Source: Macrostomum hystrix (Eukaryota; Animalia; Platyhelminthes). Taken from it: DNA of 64,000 bases. The position numbers and the translations under genes are program-made. The notes beneath the pieces are model-generated. The model did no database searches. It was given only the letters and a program-made list of their open reading frames with translations, and was not told the origin of the DNA. Below, in pieces: positions 1-10,351 of this stretch. The DNA lies in assembly GCA_950097015.1 (NCBI GenBank), contig CATNEN010000034.1, forward strand, positions 3,410,001 through 3,474,000. Direction: 5' to 3'. Within the stretch, counting starts at the first letter, position 1; each line of letters starts with the position of its first letter.

Positions 1-911
1 GCTAACAGAGTTGAAAATTACAAAACTGAACTCAAGGAACGAGTGAATGAATAAATGAATAAAATAATGAACGAACGACTGAATGAGTTAATGAACAGAT
101 GCAACGATAAATGAGTAACTTTAGCTTTTCGAGAATTCCAGAACTCACAAGCTAGAGGGGGCATACAAACTACCATCAGTCTTCTTAAGTGTATAGTAGA
201 AAAAGCGCAGATATTCGTTCAGCGTCAAGGCCTAAATCTTTGTCTATGGCCCACTGCAGCAAAGCCTGAAAGTTTGTCTATGGTCGACTGGTTGCCTAAT
301 TTTAGTAGCATTAAGTAATGACAGATCTATAGGCAGAGTTAAGCAATGACAAAAGTTGTCATTGCTCAACTCATATAAATTATTATAATTGGCTACTGGT
401 ATGCTATATATACAATGCAATTATATAGTATGTTTCGGCGTTAAATAATGGCCATAGACACTCGTGCGCATTATATATATAATCTACCATGGACAAATTT
501 TCCATAAATTTAAGACAATATTAGCTAGACGAAATCCGAATTACTTTCTTTTGTAGCTTTCTATTAAACCACACCACGATGGAAGAATAATTTGATAGCG
601 ACAATTATATTTACGGTTAGAATGGTTAGAATGGCTCTAATAAGAATGAAATTCATGAACGCTTACTCGTGCGTCAATGACGCATTGACGACGCATATGT
701 CCCATTGACGCACTCGTAAGCGTTCAAGCTAGAATTATACATTCTGTGGGTGCTTGTTTATTTTGATTTTCCGTAAGCACTGACCATTGCTCAAAGTACC
801 TAAATTGAATTTCCGCTAGTCTTTTTAGAACTGGAGTTTGATCAAAATTGAACGTCAAAAGGTTTAGTAGTTAGCATTAGTCTACTTTAGTCTACCACTT
901 GTAGTTACTAG

Positions 912-1627
912 TATAGCTTTTGCCATTCAATCTCAGTGTTTTGTCATTCATACTCAGCCCCATAGAATTAATCCAGCCAGTTGGCGCCGTTTGGCCCATA
1001 GACTATCGCTCTGTGCCATTCAATCTCGGGTTTTGTCATTCAAACTCAGGCTTTATATTAGCTCGGTCTCTCAAACGCAGTCCTCCCAAAGACAGCTAAA
1101 TTACAAATTTCTTCCATTGCATTTGCTTACATGGCCCAACTTACATGGGCCATATGCTTACATGGAGCGCCTGGGCCACGTTGCACTGGACACTCTGAAG
1201 GCCGCAAACTGGGAGATTGCCTGCAGCCGACTGTATCCACGGTGCATTATGCAAATTCCTTTTCTCTGAGTCACTATTCTGATCCAAGACATTAACAATT
1301 CCGTATTCCGTATGTTCCTCACTATGATGCTAGAGGTGTTTGACTTGTAATGTGTATGGACTGGATTATGTTTAACAAGTTTAACAAGTCTGTTTTTCGG
1401 TCCTGTGTTACATGAGCCGAGCTGAGGAATAATAACCTGTTCATTCCTTCCACATTCCACATTCCACATTCCTTCTCCACATTAAAGCCTGAGTTTGAAT
1501 GACAAAACCCGAGATTGAATGGCACAGAGCGATAGTCTATGGACCAAACGGCGCCAACTGGCTGGATAAACTCTATGGGGGCTGAGTATGAATGACAAAA
1601 CACTGAGATTGAATGGCAAAAGCTATA
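912..1627. mobile_element. MITE-like non-autonomous DNA element with ~145-bp terminal inverted repeats
   Basis: 912-1055 (tatagcttttgccattcaatctcagtg...ctcaggcttta) is the near-perfect reverse complement of 1483-1627. The ends read TA|TAGC...GCTA|TA, compatible with a TA target duplication. No credible coding content inside. Confidence 0.75.
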
Positions 1628-2256
1628 GCACTACATGTAGTAGTTGTTAGCTTAAATTTAGTCTACTTTTGCAGTCCAGGCTGTTCAGTCCATGTTCAGT
1701 ACAATTCCCTAAAATACCTCAGAAAATGCTTGTAACCATTTGACAGCTGGTTGAACTGAAGCAGTGCAGGATTAAACGTTTCGCTAATGAAACATATTTT
1801 TCAATTATAGTCGGGAACCGAAACCAAGACCTTCGAGTCGGTGGTCTCCTTGATGGTCTCAAATTTTATCAGATCAGACAAGTTTTTTGTGGTATTCATG
1901 TATACAAGTTTCTGGAACATATAAAAGTACAAAAATACATGCAGTGGCATTTCAATAGCCCCGGAATTTCGCCGACAGCTACAGATTGAGAAGACCAGCC
2001 ATGCGGCATTGTTTTTTTTGGGTAAATAAGACGCGATTGGCACGGGATCTAGGGATTGGGGATTTCGCTGCTAAATAACACGCAAATGTACTAAATTGCA
2101 GTGTGTGTGTATATAGGAAAAGAAAAATGGCGAAATCTGTATGCTTGCTTTTGTGGCCAAGGCCGCAATCAATATTATAGGTAACAGTGTTTCTATTTTG
2201 TAAGAAAGCAACTTCAACTTCGACAAATACACGAGTATATTCAACACCAGAGGAGC

Positions 2257-2692
2257 ATGGAAGCTGCTGAGACAACATCCCAACCTCACGACGAGACGCA
2301 ATCGAACTATTCGCCAGAATCCACTGAAATGTAAAAATAACTTTACTTTTCGAAGACGATTATATTTCAAGCTGATTAAAAAGCATATCAAGTTTGATCT
2401 TACTTTCAGACTATATTCCAGAGACGAGCAACAGCAGCAGCCGCAGAATCATCAGTTGCATCGGCACTCGACGGCCGGCGAGCCGCAACGATGTGGCGAC
2501 GATGACACGGCAGCCAGCAGTGGCGTCTGGCGATTCGTGGACCGACTGATTGCCCTGATCAGCAGCGTGTATGAGACCATACTCAGTCACGTCTGTTTTG
2601 TATTCGTTGCCTATAGTGGCCGTCGCAGGCCAAGCCGCTACAGCAGCAACTACGGTGACGAGGTTGATAGCGAATTTGCCGCCGAGTTCTGA
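2257..2692 (+). CDS. Candidate two-exon coding segment of an unidentified gene (2257-2330, 2410-2692)
   Basis: MEAAETTSQPHDETQSNYSPESTE ends at a phase-2 GT donor (2331). A 79-nt intron ends in ttactttcag, and the next exon continues in frame (LYSRDEQQQQPQ...VWRFVDRLIALISSVYETIL...). GC-rich like the other exons. No family recognised. Confidence 0.35.
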
Positions 2693-2986
2693 ATTATTTG
2701 AAGAAATTGTTTGCAAATGCAGATCTTTTACTAATCTGGTTTTTGCTATTGTAAGTCCAGTTGTGTCTGCTTGACCAATATAGATTGTCTTAATATGTCT
2801 TTACTTTACATAAATATTTTACTTCAATGGGGATAACTTTGGGTTGAATCAAAGCTCGGTCAAGAACCGCGCGGGAATATTTCATCACTGTACTCTTCAA
2901 CTTTGACCCAGTTGTTTACGTTGCCATATGGAGCTTCGATCTTGTCAGAACCAAATAGTAAAAAGAAATTCAATATTAAACTGCTT

Positions 2987-4259
2987 TACTACACCCTTTT
3001 GCACTCAAATTCGTTATTTCTGCAATCAAGTTAAATAAAGCTGCATTCATATTCGGACAAACTCTATGGCTATACTTGTGAACTGCAAGCAAATTCGGCA
3101 AACTGCATTCAAGTTCGGCAAAATGCATTCAAATTCGGCAAAATGCATTCAAATTCGGCAAAATACATTCAAATTCGGCAGCAGAAGTATAAGAGAAGGA
3201 ATGGGGTGGAGTTGCTAATATGGCTAAGCTTGTTTTTACCCGAGAAAAGTTTTACCCTAGACATTTAGATTCTCATTGCACCCCTGTACCTGTGAATGAA
3301 TGACCGGATCATTTTGTCTATGGCAATCAGCAGTCACTGAAAGTACACGGGAAAGGGAAGTTACGTGTTGATCTCGTAAAAACACCCCTTTTTCCTTACT
3401 CCATGCAACACCAGCATCAATCATGGCAGCCCAAAACTACAAGCGAATCTCGAATGATGACAGGCATCGCCTGCTTGCAGCTCATCAGACAGGTGAGGAC
3501 TACCAGACTCTGGCAAGACAGCTAGGGATATCAAGATCGACGGCGTACTCCATCGTGCAGTCTGGGCGTGGTGAGAAGCGTCCACAGGGAGGCCGACGAG
3601 TCAAGAAGTTTGACGAGGAAATGGAAGATTTCTGCCGTGAATTGCTTGACCTGAACTCACTTCTAACGAGCTTGATGGAATGCTGTGCACAATCCAATTG
3701 GTACGGGACTGTCCTGCTGCCCGCAATTCTCAGCAAATTCTTAGCAACTCAGCAAATGACCATTTTCGCATTGTTCGAACTTTTTTGAATTGCTCACCAA
3801 AATGTTTCAAATTTTTCGGTTTAAATCTTGTCTGTGGTTCTTATTGGTCTATTTAAGTACTTTTCATTGTTTCACATATGAACTGTGTTACAAAAAACTC
3901 TGTCATTACAAAATTGTTTATTCAGTACTTTGGCACAGCACAATACACCCCATTCCTTCTCTCATACTTCTGCTGCCGAATTTGCTTGCAGTTTGGCGAA
4001 TTTGAATGCAGTTGGATCAATATGATGGGCTTGTGCCATAGATATTTTTGTATCTGGTTGAGCTGGTGCCGAATTTGAATGTATTTTGCCGAATTTGAAT
4101 GCATTTTGCCGAATTTGAATGCATTTTGCCGAACTTGAATGCAGTTTGCCGAATTTGCTTGCAGTTCACAAGTATAGCCATAGAGTTTGTCCGAATATGA
4201 ATGCAGTTTTATTGAACTTGATTGCAGAAATAACGAATTGATGGTAAAATGGTGTAGTA
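2987..4259 (+). mobile_element. Internally deleted Tc1/mariner-like element with long TIRs; retains only the N-terminal HTH
   Basis: About 2987-3180 and 4067-4259 are inverted repeats containing 20-bp subrepeats (aaattcggcaaaatgcattc), flanked by TA. ORF 3423 (RISNDDRHRLLAAHQTGEDYQTLARQLGISRSTAYSIV...GGRRVKKF) resembles a Tc1/IS630 paired-type HTH followed by a GRPR-like linker. No DDE domain follows. Confidence 0.7.
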
Positions 4260-4484
4260 GCTACTTCTACTGAAAGTTATAAAAAAATTGGTTTAAAAAA
4301 AGCGAATCTAAGCAATTTTACAAAACGTACAAAGAAGACAATAGCCTATGTAGATGAGTATTTATTGATATTAAAGATTAATTACCTGCCATCAAAGCTA
4401 ATGCATCTTGGCTGAACATAAATTATTGCTAAAAATGCTAAAGTTCACGAACGCGAGAATGCGAAAATGTTTGCCCCGAAAATG

Positions 4485-5084
4485 CTAAACATCAAAATTT
4501 GAGTCCTTGAATAGCTCGTCGATGCTGAATAATTGGGCCACGCTTGTCTCAGGCGCGGAACCGGGGGCGGATTTAGCGACGAGCGGAGCGGATCCGGGGG
4601 CGGGTTTGGCGATGGGCGGAGCGGCTCCGGGGGCGGATTTGGCGACGGGCGGAGCGGATCCGGGGGTGGATTTGTCGACGGGCGGAGCGGATCCGGGGCC
4701 GGATTTGTCGACGACCAACGAAGCGGATCCAGCAGCAGCGGTTGAGTGTTCAGCAGGGAAGGCCTTTCGCGGATCCTGTGAGCATTCGAAATCGCGCAAT
4801 TTAGCCAGAGTCTCTCCAGCAACCAGGCGACCAGCAACGCCGACGTTCGCGTTGACAGCCTTAGCAGAGGCTGCAGCCGTATTGGCTGAACTAGCGGCCA
4901 AGCGTTTAAAGGAAAACCTTTGACTTGGCTGACTCGGCGGCGGCAGCATCGGAACAATCGGAGCATCGGCTAGATTTCGTTGCCGAAACCGCTGCTGCTG
5001 TTGCTGCTGCTGCTGCAGACACATTATTGATGTCCGCCTGCATCGGGGTGTCTGCATCGATGCCCGGCAATTCAAAATCGTCAA
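4485..5084 (-). other. Alternative-frame ORF that may be the true MCM9 C-terminus (poly-Q, 11-aa repeats, ends QLFSIDELFKDSNFDV)
   Basis: The ORF overlaps the end of the MCM9 exon in another frame. It carries 33-bp coding-like repeats (APPVDKSTPGS) and an FSIDE motif echoing FSIDD in the upstream frame. Confidence 0.4.
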
Positions 5085-6280
5085 TAGAGAAGACTGGCAA
5101 CTGCGAGCTCACGTTGCCAGCGGACGTTTTTTCACTGGAAGCAGCCGAACTACCTTTTCTTGGAACGGAAGCTGCTGGACCGGAAGCAGTAGGAACGGAA
5201 GCTGCTGGACCGGAAGCAGTCGGAACGGAAGATGCTGGACCGGAAGCAGTCGGACCGGAAGCAGTCGGAACGGAAGCAGTCGGAATGGAAGCAGTCGGAA
5301 TGGAAGCAGTCGGAACGGAAGCAGTCGGACCGGAAGCAGTCGGACCGTAAGCGACATGGCCCACCACAATGGGCGCGTCCTGAAACCAGTCAGTCTGAAT
5401 ATTGAACTGATGGGCAGCAAACGAAGCTGAAGAAATTGAATCAGCGAAAATGTTCGTCGCGTCATTGACGTCCAGCATCGATTTGGCGTTCTCCCAGCGG
5501 GTGCTCTCGCCTCCGGCTTCGCCGTCGTCGTCGTGGATTACGTCGGCTACGATGCGTCGACGTTTCACCGCCGATATCGACAGGTTAGGCGTAGTCGAGG
5601 AAGTCGACAGAAAGGATTTACCGCCGCCAGCGCCCCGAAATTCGAGACGCGACAGAGCGAGAATGGGCCGTCCTGTCGACGGCGGCGGCTCAGCAATGCC
5701 ATCGCAATGAGCAGCGCCATCGGCGGTGTAAGTAAGATGATCCAAGCCCAGTGCGGCCAACAGTTGGCGAGCCTCTCGACCAAAATCAGCGTCCGGCTGC
5801 TCCGGAAAGCCAGCCAGAGGGCCAACGCCGACGCCGCCGCCGCCTCCGCTACCACCAATCAAGGCGGCGCCAACCATCGAGGCCTCAACAACGGAGGCGG
5901 CCATTAGGGCGTCCTGCAGAGTGACAGACGAGCGCATCATCAGGCGAGCGTGAGCTTCGGCCAGCCGGATACAGCTCTCCAGCAGGCGAGTGGTGGTTCG
6001 AGAGCCGACGCCGCGCTCAGCGCCGAGCCGGTCGGGCGCCGTGGCCGCTCTCTGCCGCTGATAATAGGCGGTGAGGACTGCGCCAGCCTCCGGCCCGATG
6101 CTCGGATTGAAGCTGCGGATATAGGCGAAATAGGCTTGCAACCGCTCCAGGCTCCAATGCTGCTGCTGCTGCTGCTTCTGTTTCTCGCCTGAATCTAGTG
6201 CACCTGCTGTCCCATCTTGCTGCGCAGCGGGTAGATTCTCTTTCACGTCAGTATCGATATCGTCGGAGTCAGAATCGTCA
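4906..6280 (-). CDS. MCM9: MCM9 helicase, 3' exon (AAA+ lid / C-terminal region plus low-complexity tail)
   Basis: WSLERLQAYFAYIR...LTAYYQRQR...RTTTRLLESCIRLAEAHARLMMRSSVTLQDA matches the MCM9 post-AAA region. The acceptor (cctcaccgcag, ending 6281) is phase 2 and matches the phase-2 donor of the upstream exon. Confidence 0.88.
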
Positions 6281-6364
6281 CTGCGGTGAGGAAGCGGAGA
6301 GAAAAGCATACATTTAGTGCCCATCGGTTTAGATCGATTACAAATTTTAAACTGGATACAGTTT

Positions 6365-9300
6365 TTTACAGTGTCAAATGGTTCCAGTGTCAAATTGGTT
6401 CCAGTGTCAAATGGTTACAGTGTCAAATGGTTCCAGTATAAATTGGTTCCAGTGTCAAATGGTTACAGTGTCAAATGGTTCCAGTGTCAAATGGTTCCAG
6501 TGTCAGATGGTTCCAGTGTCAAATGGTTCCAGCATAAATTGGTTCCAGTGTCAAATGGTTCCAGCATAAATTGGTTCCAGTGTCAAATTGGTTCCAGTGT
6601 CAAATGGTTACAGTGTCAAATGGTTACAGTGTCAAATGGTTACAGTGTCAAATGGTTACTGTGTCGAATGGTTCCAGTATAAATTGGTTCCAGTGTCAAA
6701 TGGTTACAGTGTCGAATGGTTCCAGTGTCAAATGGTTCCAGTGTCAGATGGTTCCAGTGTCAAATGGTTCCAGCATAAATTGGTTCCAGTGTCAAATGGT
6801 TCCAGCATAAATTGGTTCCAGTGTCAAATGGTTCCAGTGTCAAATGGTTCCAGTGTCAAATGGTTACAGTGTCGAATGGTTCCAGTGTCAAATGGTTCCA
6901 GTGTCAGATGGTTCCAGTGTCAAATGGTTCCAGTATAAATTGGTTACAGTGTCGAATGGTTACAGTGTCGAATGGTTCCAGTGTCAAATGGTTCCAGTGT
7001 CAAATGGTTACAGTGTCGAATGGTTCCAGTGTCAAATGGTTCCAGTGTCATATGGTTACTGTGTCGAATGGTTCCAGTGTCAAATGGTTCCAGTGTCAAA
7101 TGGTTCCAGTGTCAAATGGTTACTGTGTCGAATGGTTCCAGTGTCAAATGGTTCCAGTGTCAAATGGTTCCAGTGTCAAATGGTTCCAGTGTCAAATGGT
7201 TCCAGTGTCAAATGGTTCCAGTGTCAAATGGTTCCAGTGTCAAATGGTTCCAGTGTCAAATGGTTACAGTGTCAAATGGTTCCAGTGTCAAATGGTTCCA
7301 GTGTCAAATGGTTACTGTGTCGAATGGTTCCAGTGTCAAATGGTTCCAGTGTCAGATGGTTCCAGTGTCAAATGGTTCCAGCATAAATTGGTTCCAGTGT
7401 CAAATGGTTCCAGCATAAATTGGTTCCAGTGTCAAATGGTTCCAGCATAAATTGGTTCCAGTGTCAAATGGTTCCAGCATAAATTGGTTCCAGTGTCAAA
7501 TGGTTCCAGTGTCGAATGGTTCCAGTGTCAAATGGTTCCAGTGTCAAATGGTTCCAGTGTCAAATGGTTACAGTGTCAAATGGTTCCAGTGTCAAATGGT
7601 TCCAGTGTCAAATGGTTACTGTGTCGAATGGTTCCAGTGTCAAATGGTTCCAGTGTCAGATGGTTCCAGTGTCAAATGGTTCCAGCATAAATTGGTTCCA
7701 GTGTCAAATGGTTCCAGCATAAATTGGTTCCAGTGTCAAATGGTTCCAGCATAAATTGGTTCCAGTGTCAAATGGTTCCAGCATAAATTGGTTCCAGTGT
7801 CAAATGGTTCCAGTGTCGAATGGTTCCAGGGTCGAATGGTTCCAGTGTCAAATGGTTCCAGTGTCAAATGGTTCCAGTGTCAAATGGTTACAGTGTCGAA
7901 TGGTTCCAGTGTCAAATGGTTCCAGTGTCAGATGGTTCCAGTGTCAAATGGTTCCAGTATAAATTGGTTACAGTGTCGAATGGTTACAGTGTCGAATGGT
8001 TCCAGTGTCAAATGGTTCCAGTGTCAAATGGTTCCAGTGTCAAATGGTTCCAGCATAAATTGGTTCCAGTGTCAAATGGTTACAGTGTCAAATGGTTCCA
8101 GTGTCAAATGGTTCCAGTGTCAAATGGTTACAGTGTCAAATGGTTCCAGTGTCAAATGGTTCCAGTGTCAAATGGTTCCAGTGTCAAATGGTTCCAGTGT
8201 CAAATGGTTCCAGTGTCAAATGGTTACAGTGTCGAATGGTTCCAGTGTCAAATGGTTCCAGTGTCAGATGGTTCCAGTGTCAAATGGTTCCAGTATAAAT
8301 TGGTTACAGTGTCGAATGGTTACAGTGTCGAATGGTTCCAGTGTCAAATGGTTCCAGTGTCAAATGGTTCCAGTGTCAAATGGTTCCAGCATAAATTGGT
8401 TCCAGTGTCAAATGGTTACAGTGTCAAATGGTTCCAGTGTCAAATGGTTCCAGTGTCAAATGGTTACAGTGTCAAATGGTTCCAGTGTCAAATGGTTCCA
8501 GTGTCAAATGGTTCCAGTGTCAAATGGTTCCAGTGTCAAATGGTTCCAGTGTCAAATGGTTACAGTGTCAAATGGTTCCAGTGTCAAATGGTTCCAGTGT
8601 CAAATGGTTACAGTGTCGAATGGTTCCAGTGTCAAATGGTTCCAGTGTCAAATGGTTCCAGTGTCAAATGGTTCCAGTATAAATTGGTTACAGTGTCGAA
8701 TGGTTACAGTGTCGAATGGTTCCAGTGTCAAATGGTTCCAGTGTCAAATGGTTCCAGTGTCAAATGGTTCCAGCATAAATTGGTTCCAGTGTCAAATGGT
8801 TACAGTGTCAAATGGTTCCAGTGTCAAATGGTTCCAGTGTCAAATGGTTACAGTGTCAAATGGTTCCAGTGTCAAATGGTTCCAGTGTCAAATGGTTCCA
8901 GTGTCAAATGGTTCCAGTGTCAAATGGTTCCAGTGTCAAATGGTTACAGTGTCGAATGGTTCCAGTGTCAAATGGTTCCAGTGTCAGATGGTTCCAGTGT
9001 CAAATGGTTCCAGTATAAATTGGTTACAGTGTCGAATGGTTACAGTGTCGAATGGTTCCAGTGTCAAATGGTTCCAGTGTCAAATGGTTCCAGTGTCAAA
9101 TGGTTCCAGCATAAATTGGTTCCAGTGTCAAATGGTTACAGTGTCAAATGGTTCCAGTGTCAAATGGTTCCAGTGTCAAATGGTTACAGTGTCAAATGGT
9201 TCCAGTGTCAAATGGTTCCAGTGTCAAATGGTTCCAGTGTCAAATGGTTCCAGTGTCAAATGGTTCCAGTGTCAAATGGTTACAGTGTCAAATGGTTCCA

Positions 9301-9397
9301 GTGTCAAATGGTTCCAGTGTCAAATGGTTACAGTGTCGAATGGTTCCAGTGTCAAATGGTTCCAGTGTCAAATGGTTCCAGTGTCAAATGGTTCCAG
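6365..9397. repeat. 16-bp minisatellite (gttccagtgtcaaatg and variants), about 190 copies, in the MCM9 intron
   Basis: Continuous 16-bp periodicity. Variant monomers (gttacagtgtcgaatg, gttccagcataaattg, gttccagtgtcagatg) recur in higher-order blocks. Confidence 0.97.
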
Positions 9398-10351
9398 ATT
9401 TAGATTCAATTATTTTGTGTTTTTAGATTTTTTTCTAGTATCAAAAACAGAAAAAATTACGAAACAACAAAATATGCTCAGATTTAGATAATTCAGAAAT
9501 TGACATTTAAAGTTTGCAAATTAATTGCACACGGTGGAATAGACGGCTGACTAAGTGTTCGGGAGGCAGGTGGTATGATTGGTCGCTGACTCGCTGTATG
9601 CTTATTTAAATCTACCTTATTTACAATTACTGTACGCTCGCTTCCACTCTGCGCACTCACCTTGTTTCTCTAACCCTCGTTCGCATTGTGCAGTGGCATC
9701 GTCCACCCACCCCCTCCGTTTTAGCCTATTTGCACTGAATTATATAATAAACGTGTGGAGGCTCCCCCCTCCGGGTCAAGTGGTTGGTTAGCGCGATTTG
9801 CCTACCGTTTTGAGCACAGCATAATTGGCTACTAGCTATCGGCCTTTTTTGATTGCTCTAGTACAGTAAGCGAGCGAAGACAAAAGTATTGATCTGTACA
9901 AACAATGACTTACAGATATATTTAATCAAACAGAAGCCCATTAGAATGAGAGCAGACATTGATCCGGCTGTTCAATCAGTGCCCGAAAAACAATTTCAAG
10001 TTAACTGCCATCTGAGCACAAGATCAACAAAAGGACTTTAAAAACTTAAAGGAAAAATTAGGGTAAGATTCAAAGTTCAATGCAGCGAATAAAGCGAACA
10101 AAAAACTCAAAACTGAAATTTATATCATGAGTTTGTTCAAACTAAACCAATTTCTGTAGGAAGTCAATTAGACGATTTGCTCAAATAAGCAAAACCGACT
10201 GAACAAACTCAGCCTAAGAGAATTCATAGACCAAGGGCACACCCACAGCAAACTTTTCTATAAATATGAATCTTCAAACTTGACAAAAATCGCCAAATTC
10301 GAGACATCGCCCTTCTTCTAAAGTGACCAACAGATTAATCCAGAGGCAAAG

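Noticed and set aside
1808-1990. Open frame DLRVGGLLDGLKFYQIRQVFCGIHVYKF... as an exon
   Set aside because: No recognisable homology, and I could not link it by phase-compatible splice sites to the 2257 exon.
6365-9397. CRISPR-like array, or long ORFs (MVPVSNGSSVKWFQCQ repeats, up to 567 aa)
   Set aside because: Monomers are contiguous with no unique spacers and no cas genes. All three plus frames stay open only because the 16-bp unit lacks stops, and the array lies in an intron.
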